Assembly: GCA_043812495.1 (NCBI GenBank) | Contig: JBDRMG010000063.1 | Coordinates: forward strand, 1 to 35,972 | Origin: Candidatus Omnitrophota bacterium | GTDB taxonomy: Bacteria > Omnitrophota > Gorgyraeia > Zapsychrales > JBDRMG01 | Direction of reading: 5' to 3' | DNA length: 35,972 nucleotides | The notes under the pieces: generated by a model | What the model saw: only the letters and a program-made list of their open reading frames with translations | Database searches by the model: none | Told to the model about the DNA's origin: nothing | In this document: positions 32,101 to 35,972 of the stretch, piece by piece | Layout of the letters: every line of letters starts with the position of its first letter | Numbering within the stretch: the first letter of the stretch is position 1 | Position numbers and translations under genes: made by a program

Positions 32101-35100
32101 TTCACGGGCTGAATCATCTTTGCCGTAAAGCTGGGGCAAGAGAGCCGCTAATTCTCTTTCCGCTCTCTCAATTTGTGCATCAACCGTCTGCTCGCGGTTC
32201 TCTTCTTGTTTTTTCGTTTTTCGTTCGTTGAGCTGTCCGATGACCGCAGCGACATAGTCCTGAAATTTTCGGTTCTTTATTTTCCTTTTAAGCCCTTCCA
32301 AAAGCTCAACGGCCTCATCAATCGCCTGGGTCTCCTTAAGGACCGGTAATTTGTCGATTTCCTTCTGGATCTCGCTGAATATCTTCTTTCCACCGTTCAG
32401 GAGGGCCAGTAATCGTTCAAGCTCACCCTGAACTTCGTCAAGGATTAAACGATCGAAGTCCGCACCAACGGTTTCTGTGATTTGGGCGATCTGCGCCTGG
32501 ACGCTCCGCAAATGTCTGTTAATATCTTGGTCATCCGGGGCCAGCTGAACAGCTTGATTCAAAAATCCTTGGGCGCTTCTTAATAATGATATTTTCTCTT
32601 TCAAATCGTCCGTAAAATCAGCTTCTTTTGCCTGCAGGATCCCGTGCTGGTAATAGACAAAAATCTGATCTCGTTTTTTGTCTTCTTCGAGGGCACGTCT
32701 TTCACTGCGCTCAAGAAGTCCATCCAAAAACATCAACGTTACATCAAACATCGCGCTTCGCTGCTTTTCAAGAAGTGTTAGTTCGACGGAAAGCGCGCAA
32801 AGGGCCCTCAAGGACTCCGGATAGCGCATCATAAGTTTTCTTTGCTTTTTGGCGATAGCCAATAGGTCTTTAACATTCTTTACTTTTGATGCTTTTTTCT
32901 TCGCAACGGCCATATCCAAAACAGCCTCTTGAAAATGCTTGCGGGCCGATGTCAGGTCTCCTTCGTCAAGAGCAAATCGAATATAAGCAATGGAGCACGA
33001 CACAGACAACAACAATTTCTCACTTACGCTGATCTCAACGGCCTTGGCCAAACAATCTTTCGCCCCTGTCCTGTCTTCTTCCTGCCATTTCCGCCCGGCT
33101 TGTGCAAGAAATTTGTAAACTTTTGCTATGGTGCTTGTCTCATCGATTTCTAGGGCCTTGTCCGCAAATCTCTCCGCGAATAGGTATTTGCCATTTTCAT
33201 AATGCATGGTAGCCTTGACAAAAGCAATCCACTTGTTATTCTCGCCATCTTCAAGCCTTTTTAAGGCCTGGAGCGCGGCTTGATATTCTTCAAGGGTTAG
33301 AAAACATAATCCTTCCAGAAACTTATAACGTTTGATCAATGTTTGCCCATCCTCATCAAGCGAATCGTATTGCTCACACAACGAATCAGCAAGAGCTTTT
33401 GTTTCATGAAAATATCTGAGGACTTCTTCGGACTTATTGGACTGAACATAGGCGCTGGCGAGCTGATTAATAGCTTTGATTTCTCCGATAGGATTTTTTT
33501 GTTTTCGGGCAATCTCAACAGCCTGTGTAAGGATGCTGATGCCTTTCTTGAGAAACTTCTCCGCCTTATCAGCCTTCTCTTGTTTGCCCATTTCATAACC
33601 AGCAATCACGCAACACTCGCCAAAGGCATAACACATATCAAAATCGACTTTCCTTTGGCTTTTCATCAATTCTTGCACTTTTTCGTGATAGTCATACGCC
33701 GTATCAAAATCCTGCCTGTTGTAACAGATAATCGCCAAGTAGTAATACGGGTCGGCCACGGTTTTATCTATTTCAATAGAGCGAAGAAGAACTTCTTCGG
33801 CTCTTTCGGGATCAAGATTAGCGAGAAGACCTCCTAAAAGCGAAAGATAATGCTGATTATTCGGATGAACTTCAAGCAGTCCTTCCACATAGGCAATTCT
33901 TTCAGGAACATCCATTGTGTCCCATCGCTTTTCCCGAACGTCACCGGAGGCAGAATGGCTGGTTACTTTTCGCATGACATTAGAAGCGACATTGTTAAGT
34001 TCATTTTCCGGGGTTTGTTCTTCAGGATCGCCGTTCTTGCCGTTCTTACCCGTCGGGTCAATTAGGCCCAAGGCGATGAGGGGAACATCCATGCCTCCCA
34101 TTGTTTGACCAGTCAGTATTCCGTAGATGATCAGGCTCGCAGCAACACCCGCCAAGGCGACAGATAAAAGGTGTTTGTAACGCGTGTTTTTATTCGCAAA
34201 GAAGTACCACGCGGCTATCGCGAGCATCAACAAAATAAGAAACTCCGTTCCGGGCGCGCTGAATCCGACATAAAGCGGCAGGGTGCCCTGGATTCCGTTA
34301 CCGGAGTCTTTTTCTTGAGCCAAGTGGTCGGATTCGATTTGAAGAAGGCGCAGAAGAATGAGCGACTCATAAAGGTGCTTTCGGACGATTGCGGCTTGTT
34401 CGGATTCAGGCTTATCTTTGGTAAAACCTATATAATTTGCAATCATGGTAAAATTTGTATCGAGAACCTGCTTGATCGCTGATTGATAAGCGTCAACGGT
34501 TGTCAGCCTCATTCCGTGAGGATCAAGCTGCTCAACAATGAATTTCTCTTCTTGCAAATAGGGCATACGCCTATAGACTTCCTGAAGGACGCTTTGCGCC
34601 TCGCTGATCACTTCTTCTTCGCTTAAGACAGCCGCTCTTCGATACACAGCAAACATGATAGCCGGCTGGTTAATCGACAAACATTTTGTTAACACGGCGG
34701 CTTTACTGAGGAATTTAAATAGATTTCCAAACAAGCTCTGAGTCAGCGGATCATCCCTCATCTGCTGGACCATGGATTGGACAACCTTTGCTTTCCACTC
34801 AGGATCAAAAGCGATGCGCAGGGCATGGTAGAGGTCTTTCCTTAGTTTTTTTCTTTTGAAAGAACTGATATCTTTAAGACCGTCGATAAATGTACGGTAA
34901 GCCTGCTGGATCTGTTCTTCTTTGTCTCGGGGGTTCTCTAAGTGAATTATGCGAATTGCTTGGGTGAGATTTGTTAATGCGTTGTAATCCCGCGTGGCCG
35001 GATAAATAATGCTGTTGATATAACAGTCGGTTCGCACATCATCCGGTACGGGGGAACCGCGCAAACGATTGAGCCGGCCTATATAATGCGCATAAGCTTC

Positions 35101-35972
35101 TTCGAAGAGTGTGTCTTGATCGTCAATGGTAATATTTCTTGAGCCGTGAGTCAATTTCCATCTTTCCTGCAAATAGCCATAATAATGGCCGATGGCTTGC
35201 TTGGCTTGTGAATCGTCAGCGACATACTCCTGAATATCGTAAATCTCCAGGCCCAGCGGTTGATCTTCCGTCGTTTTGCACACGACGATGAGACGCGCTT
35301 GTTTTTGTCCCTCTTGAATATAAGAAAGGTAATAGTTTTGTACCGGTTCGCTTGTTATTTGACGGAGAACATATTCCCGAAACCTTTGACGGAATTGAAT
35401 GGCTCCTAATTGTCGATTTGTCATTTTTTCGGCGTCTTTCCGCTTATCCGCCCCGAATTCCTCCGCATACCACGCAATCAATTCTTCTCTCGGCGAATAA
35501 TCATGCCGAGAGGCCTTCTTGAGCGCCTCGACTTCAAGTTCGCTATACTGCGCAAGATTCCGGCCGATATAGCCAACATGCGCATGATCCACATTTTCAA
35601 AACCATCTAAGGAGTCAAGAAAATCTCTGATCGCATCTCTGGCCTTATCGGGAACATCAAATGCAAAATGGAGCCCCACGGCTAAAGCCGTGGTCTCCGA
35701 CGAAGGCGGATGAATTTTGAGTCCGTTTTCTGATGAAAGCAGCGGTGAGCTTGAATCGGGTTCAGTAAAATCAAAGGGCATCTGTGTATCTTGATCGTCC
35801 TCTTCTCGTTTGCCACCGAACACCATGCCCGCAATAAACAGGCCCACCAAAACAAGCCAAATGATCCCGCTGTTGATGTCTCCCGTCGAAAACATATGCT
35901 CCAGCCCCAAGAAGCCGATAATACCTAAATGAAGAGATTGTTTCTCAAAATCCTTGCCTTCGCCGTCTTTTT
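17002..35972 (-). CDS. ORF-A: giant TPR-rich multidomain membrane protein (at least 6322 aa, 5' end beyond window end)
   Basis: The ORF track gives 6302 aa from a TTG at 35910, but the frame stays open to the edge (..KDGEGKDFEKQSLHLGIIGFLGLEHM), so the true start lies outside the window. Many hydrophobic segments separate soluble domains. Confidence 0.95.
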   Translation of the reverse strand, partial: KDGEGKDFEKQSLHLGIIGFLGLEHMFSTGDINSGIIWLVLVGLFIAGMVFGGKREEDDQDTQMPFDFTEPDSSSPLLSSENGLKIHPPSSETTALAVGLHFAFDVPDKARDAIRDFLDSLDGFENVDHAHVGYIGRNLAQYSELEVEALKKASRHDYSPREELIAWYAEEFGADKRKDAEKMTNRQLGAIQFRQRFREYVLRQITSEPVQNYYLSYIQEGQKQARLIVVCKTTEDQPLGLEIYDIQEYVADDSQAKQAIGHYYGYLQERWKLTHGSRNITIDDQDTLFEEAYAHYIGRLNRLRGSPVPDDVRTDCYINSIIYPATRDYNALTNLTQAIRIIHLENPRDKEEQIQQAYRTFIDGLKDISSFKRKKLRKDLYHALRIAFDPEWKAKVVQSMVQQMRDDPLTQSLFGNLFKFLSKAAVLTKCLSINQPAIMFAVYRRAAVLSEEEVISEAQSVLQEVYRRMPYLQEEKFIVEQLDPHGMRLTTVDAYQSAIKQVLDTNFTMIANYIGFTKDKPESEQAAIVRKHLYESLILLRLLQIESDHLAQEKDSGNGIQGTLPLYVGFSAPGTEFLILLMLAIAAWYFFANKNTRYKHLLSVALAGVAASLIIYGILTGQTMGGMDVPLIALGLIDPTGKNGKNGDPEEQTPENELNNVASNVMRKVTSHSASGDVREKRWDTMDVPERIAYVEGLLEVHPNNQHYLSLLGGLLANLDPERAEEVLLRSIEIDKTVADPYYYLAIICYNRQDFDTAYDYHEKVQELMKSQRKVDFDMCYAFGECCVIAGYEMGKQEKADKAEKFLKKGISILTQAVEIARKQKNPIGEIKAINQLASAYVQSNKSEEVLRYFHETKALADSLCEQYDSLDEDGQTLIKRYKFLEGLCFLTLEEYQAALQALKRLEDGENNKWIAFVKATMHYENGKYLFAERFADKALEIDETSTIAKVYKFLAQAGRKWQEEDRTGAKDCLAKAVEISVSEKLLLSVSCSIAYIRFALDEGDLTSARKHFQEAVLDMAVAKKKASKVKNVKDLLAIAKKQRKLMMRYPESLRALCALSVELTLLEKQRSAMFDVTLMFLDGLLERSERRALEEDKKRDQIFVYYQHGILQAKEADFTDDLKEKISLLRSAQGFLNQAVQLAPDDQDINRHLRSVQAQIAQITETVGADFDRLILDEVQGELERLLALLNGGKKIFSEIQKEIDKLPVLKETQAIDEAVELLEGLKRKIKNRKFQDYVAAVIGQLNERKTKKQEENREQTVDAQIERAERELAALLPQLYGKDDSAREEIMWLVSDVLATTEGQAKTRTVGHIGALFLALILKDYIEKNHPFYAEVFGHDEQDIQDAIYEAVVKHWDDRGDLPKMLLAVLSVGAACVILNSRYYQKHDILPLTFAQFAVDHPKLSLRDLKNAFDIIQKGSGNLVQFLDDIFRGFIIENNRIPVAPGTPEGDWQYAVAVAKEYYGTRRKLKEVYRLVYGGPGREGNGFDTGLRELRKDVDRIIDALAQNPGFSIRDIKDECWKQLDIQCYNFLYTRTDVLKNTQGLTQEEFSNSFYYCISLWMFEKRALNKILIPAQNVPRLCAMVDEEFGKLIEEGLFTPVTLNTYARKEALIELLEQLGPEEATAWEAEWDAESSQESRQDKIRRNLRIALLRKSAQEIAAKHYLDYRRDILESALPREIYPGHIREGYQVYAVRVRNEFALNNVRNISFVRNFLNSVNSTNGWPLGDREKKIVTMLIELVEGVSEDERQALQSKRERRSWLDCYNKAQGCFLKKEFDQTIALLKEALEGIEEQGDEEDMDSVKSLMLCSLAEAIEAKGEEGHDQEIIGYLETAKRLNQERFGIPNLLSILYTRTNDLERARDNNRLACERLLGKPENAKDSGCIFVLSSVISFNFAVTNDIPFIENLVQTVLTMERDILDEENNFDLPLQKALSRLVESDMDKATLLTLAAVFERIDQLACVQERPAFRIPVLLIYANLYSRFDDAEKIFAITDRAEKVTQDARLSTSERKEFQARLYSVRGLLLKGQGRSKEAEEDFIRTIAIQPGNIDVMVDLVNLYFQTQDYERLIRFVKDRRTILGSHSQNFRIPGFVRVACHDIGAAYMITGRWKDARKYIEETLAHTQEFLRNDVKPGILLHISAMGYRAEICLNEGLFEAGLSFARQALRLQEEKGVDTRRSDYLYFILGRANYELKRYEKIPEILEEARERGYVNAGLLNLTAIAYGDHLQDEEKAARFYREAVDLAPEGLEKAKGLYNLAMKYAEMGQIDKMEEAAKEALAQDPTYPEAHLAMASVYQQRGEVDKAVQSYCQVRSLGSDSINARLNLAVLYAQVDRLDDAANELRPVMATDRYENALLAELPTQPRKSRAVLSGVAIFLVRELSEEIVALTEQIDRKAGKTKENHSDGNGKKTKGKAGKKSTAKAKKKRKDTELETWKRERRQKTDLLKVQMRIFLVLTENIAIEELIKFFETMMEMEPIKADADLADQIRQRVVQIPEWMEDMRKQQEADEKLAEEMEDLLGQAWSFYDQGRYEEAKKYVDQILSKMPLHEGARALRIKILYAHAQKAFKEDRLSDARRFAGAVLGKDPSHEGARALLAQIGQKEKEKALERLQGNVNKLVELYRGGDPEGFKEDLNKLREPELFGDIFEAYPQEAGAIMTVAENEAKKKDHLDEESLVRLLEERTAGCINDYNFRIPETFEECLSALGEEFQGKLDEEKIDEILNRARAEIVGIEEDRLQKVEEYKGRLMGIACDMPEKIEQAIADFTGQHEDHLKEQEKEDIQAEVRECARENLIKKRCDESAAALREDRLSDARQLADEVLALDQDHRGAKNFLNQIAQKEKEKRLDDLREAVCGFANRYPGGDSEGVLEDLEGYRRPGSFGEVFWAYRAEAEAIMVEAKQIAKRKDGLDEAGLAKTLEEEARAAVIDYDFRNPDAFHNRLHDLEEQYAGQIPGGRIDWILKQAEDSVDRKEEARSKKFGAFRYSALTIAEQRPQNFEEEFARLRLQFSEHLTDYEIAKVEKLAQERLKGSLGEIKTSDLKQLRTSVNAIVSSYLGEDPKGLGADFARLPQVHEAIFTQYPEDAEGIVKAARKDAYKKDKVILQKKNDVLIAGYQGENLEELKATINDLIDSFDYVFGQGEIETFKNLTLRSVGRRIMTNLRSGGGIQRQDEDETVAAFATQITFAVSLYNPVDPREYEETRRNAIGTFENKLDSDQMNNVLGQARDQIKKMNDLHNIKVGEYKKQAKALAEEQFENQETFEASLDDFTKGLLGKGEITPQEAEDIKQAGLAEAEIYRDVSSAEAKDALAKERLGIDPEVKEELTFDKVAEILTDQYPWIRAHRFGERMVSEYLLAVQTSDSPMTPQQVLEAFKEFKSAGMLLTEALDGVFGLSIFEKAHYQMRMLLSNAINARNDLDWDDIGALIKALKASGEAINLDAIKRLAGAIKAGKNKNFDKLIEENLNGSVGFGLWPQDLMDMLSSGLTRGDVLIALILVVGLLTLAYALSHRQQIIEFMQDKASLSRLGTFFALILRVSPLLREWDTLQQPAKNVPNLGWPKTLAKNILLLPVTLAMGGPVYPNPYDENRPFYDHAIELKLAIVPSMQKVEYSNLLTITYRKQDKVYSIDSDDFHRIMNGDDPECSAISELTDKSEDGLRPVMDIKACETLASLFFMTRRILEEYPVHSTQQIITFGASSAKDINQERKEEEEGITLTVGLKISDGACTIMLGIVEMVKEHYELHPVRHDIAMIAFDINEPSKSWLHYASPLAQRVLSQDAGAFSCRLYSLVNAFTLFNPSMSFLSIPHSGRVITGHFDDKATSVNEFLFFNSPEECLLLMILLSGTFFALILRVSPQTKDGDTLQQPAKNVPNLGWPKTLAKNILFLPITLLMGGGYFNLAHSRNVENLVSPLGSPEEMQSVFSLPGLGSVHLDLVLWGVILVLAYGVYRNVVMSYVVRSYGLTINTNPHCKTVGRLATRYLLLSTPLIFAVLFFILANEQALAGMLFCDLPAFMLFAAVFPDDDRKEDSVLTENHPITITATDGQEFTLMLERSYKNRYLIEVYYNDLRYGVISFEIKGSEAIIGGEYKSWSEAVRVDTLVLERRTRVRYRGFHAVLVIEAMKVAQNMGAKFIETIDDRKKVGLLRTLCFEEYPLEDGRVRMRFYFSSGRSIPKAKITTTSEADDARIAANQNAQKSQYNAAIGNYGKGTGYMGAARLYLAQRNDEQARKAFESAFIAAKISLRNDNKAIEILDQWKEAMLQVSRTTEAIECLERKANLLKELKRYQKALDPIQEIARIHQGLKAYPEASDYYYQAASLAVKKLKDVDRGINLSKEAYACSRLANDPRRIIFHAWVTIELLGHKIEISSRGQVLRTICDGFDEQQEAAKLYGEAKKHFEAAEETPGHHLVAAALMASHPLIADYEQFIVLAEAANTHYQRAPAITKETSRERIVADIGLLRRVRMNVFFEGKMPKEARCAFELASTLAASLNEPKLIPEFLGKEISRLEKQFAQEQFKIDGDRSSEKARQAASGNDHPLAITHGLEAVSHYIKAQVFGNEVPSMVQFCLEHARTPEDFEKIITKIDEWAGGLLSGFSGYRIFYLFNQPNQKMIFATDQLPGWCRLYAGELLFNAFLWTSGWLHENQDTTGYNDDFTQSMEFLTKAAEYLEYAYSRNQRFPLDYKTRNLQRLTGYIEKGRTRVAQLIEDEKFEEAKTACNAVKFFALALEDGKTAGAIFEKMKAIDARTQEPAKESEHAANQAQSEAQAYERKEEYPQALDKYLEAAQCFYEAKQYSCVQSVLNFAFQIVTGRYVSQEKSYEAIQKIAWLASSLAIHYRNEEDSEKMMLPSLMVMLDAEQAFEKHEGEIGTKLYVDVAKSYYEGPREYFAKIADHQGECLLIASIMASCPLIGENDQFRLLSERAEKFYSGTRDIAKDAYPRFEGYVRLCVKRAEVFIKQRMPEEGWQAYRLATALAKTMRNPSAVPASLRKDLERLDHPDNCIYWSEILRQRYLGENNEKANEVLALGDMEEELIWLAKELRNIIRELRADTYIVNVILWLADMGKIPSDEFDSWKQEVLIVDRVWDQNFSIGFAIEGAIVEHGEDIDGIIQYFRSGEFCFEDDKFSNWVFKLHKDAIYRGIFYNSEVLERMFNECHGLGASEITKKLERAYMRMQDIGKLSLEDIVFMLKAVGKITDEELPKWRAQIGQARVDALKIKETKKQKRLEWEMSLREGGRSGRKKKGGDRAGDPETVVRLIEELVPEGSAQSDKKKKEIKPDGQKRYDERHKPRQGEGTTSSEKKKNKKKQNKRSPGEKKRRAKKKAAKRKSSNCWFVPGLPVGHAGSSDAAIALIAAAVGLLIMIAIAYWLTRKIRLQSPVAHLLFPMLLSAAAGVLIILKVYSASLEPFHPFSIFLMIALTGIVRSDRNTALRQDAKDLRLKLKQAVLERTVDEEMILKAVKLMARYRHWLRGVKKDLRNEAELQIARNMPCLIYECESCLNKSSQSENLSFDGSHNPKGISYKIAKKICDDRERGHFGFDWNRLEDYFLQGRGVWLAIGKTDRRIIIKGHGTILMSPENDLINIREKIMIYLSKNLLVLQNRFLKEQSNQFQYLGCYLQDLILFVYAIDGIIAEDGLALIIKNPFCITSLEFNPSQKCYVSVFPVIDFAHLNHIFWGVAMMVLVALILKARWVDKLRNKEVIIIGAGIGGSYAAMLAARNGFNVRILERTPENKTGDPLFGRKCAEGVWLEKLVQAGFDMDRNHLPDWVVHSTNQFMLGRINKRGQIDTAELRTTPYLYINRKLFEQENLRKAQEAGAIIDYGVNIEDLEAFAREHSDSIILLATGTNASLTRQMLLPEERRKDKTDHSYALVAQYTYTGVDLTRLGKYKTLIASDNPDIGWFYMYPRGRTAESEVNVGIGFAKAKTSRPFDVLDSIIACVDEHFGGIFENAMIIPDRKFAKHISIGKPITFSNMDKERLPNVIPIGDAARQASALTGGGIGNALYSAKEAISLLKKHADKSPAVVQREYFDSIQDFLENLTKIAESYSRLYPQEKKPKIRVLNKIMIALSELERIDGVLSLVSLKELVGKIEHEQTLPEKIINEFRSVEGIFEKSAYEKITILLKIIKERRLLELLPQPELWWEEIVEDALEMDLQELQAVLLKEKESQVAISSRKEDVLRAIGFYGRLSPHRSINESLPEAMRAEGVYDNGKKEDISIGLAGVILRDKPALGEIYGYLGINFSNLDPILFGLALAVLIALILKAYRARAQSADGRTMDPSASPFAYAQGKLRGERWTMDEIPRLPSLIPHLS
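17800..18850 (-). other. FAD-dependent oxidoreductase domain of the geranylgeranyl reductase family within ORF-A
   Basis: VIIIGAGIGGSYAAMLAARNGFNVRILER, KCAEGV, YINRKLFEQ, GWFYMYPRG, VNVGIG and IGDAARQASALTGGGIGNALYSA. Confidence 0.88.
20960..23350 (-). other. TPR/SNAP-like helical solenoid with an internal ~490 aa duplication within ORF-A
   Basis: YPEASDYYYQAA / YPQALDKYLEAA. LMASHPLIADYEQF..MPKEARCAFELASTLA matches IMASCPLIGENDQF..MPEEGWQAYRLATALA. Confidence 0.7.
23455..23850 (-). other. Possible GNAT-like domain within ORF-A
   Basis: VRVD..RYRGFHAVLVIEAMKVAQNMGAKFIE..VGLLRTLCFEE follows the GNAT motif A/B order. Confidence 0.45.
23994..24121. repeat. Heptamer/octamer tandem-repeat tracts
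   Basis: GAGTAGC-type x5 (23994-24028) and CATACGA/CATTACGA-type x7 (24069-24121), translated in ORF-A. Confidence 0.85.
24270..24423. repeat. ~150-bp direct repeat containing 89-bp palindrome copy 3 (24335-24423)
   Basis: Near-identical to 25221-25374, offset 951 nt (317 codons). Encodes GTFFALILRVSP..DTLQQPAKNVPNLGWPKTLAKNILFLPITLLMGG. Confidence 0.95.
25221..25374. repeat. ~150-bp direct repeat containing 89-bp palindrome copy 4 (25286-25374)
   Basis: Partner of 24270-24423. Confidence 0.95.
26640..28270 (-). repeat. ~239 aa helical internal repeat (two full copies plus a partial third) within ORF-A
   Basis: EDRLSDAR..QKEKEK..Y.GGD.EG..ED..KKD.LDE..DY.FR.P recurs at a 717-nt offset. The third copy is YLGEDPKGLGAD..YPEDAEGIVKAARKDAYKKD. 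Confidence 0.85.
28900..30680 (-). other. TPR array within ORF-A
   Basis: For example RLYSVRGLLLKGQGRSKEAEEDFIRTIAIQPGN and EAHLAMASVYQQRGEVDKAVQSYCQVRSL. Confidence 0.9.
32500..33900 (-). other. TPR array within ORF-A
   Basis: For example DPYYYLAIICYNRQDFDTAYDYHEKVQEL and FVKATMHYENGKYLFAERFADKALEID. Confidence 0.9.

Noticed and set aside
35908..35910. TTG start of the 6302 aa ORF
   Set aside because: The frame continues without a stop to the window edge, so this is not demonstrably the start.

Overview
Almost every base of this window is covered by two giant minus-strand reading frames. ORF-A (17002..>35970, at least 6322 aa) is open to the right edge. ORF-B (<3..17168, 5722 codons) has no stop before the left edge, which is why the supplied ORF track missed it. 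The two overlap by about 167 nt in a heptamer/REP-like repeat tract and differ by a single +1 frame offset, so they look like one gene of about 12,000 aa or more. The product is a string of unrelated cargo domains: TPR arrays, a geranylgeranyl-reductase-like flavoprotein, GNAT-like folds, two HPr domains, intact and degenerate histidine-kinase ATPase domains, four XRE HTHs, a Fic-like domain, a radical SAM domain and unrecognised repeats. These are separated by hydrophobic linkers, several of which are direct repeats bracketing one cargo. The frame also reads through DNA that normally looks non-coding (89-bp palindromes, heptamer tracts, MITE-like hairpins, a five-hairpin structure). It also reads through an intact DUF4258/DUF2283 toxin-antitoxin operon with its own promoter, nested on the opposite strand in exact codon register. 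The architecture resembles giant membrane proteins known from Ca. Omnitrophota (inference; the window has no marker gene). All domain calls are by-eye motif recognition and their boundaries are approximate.
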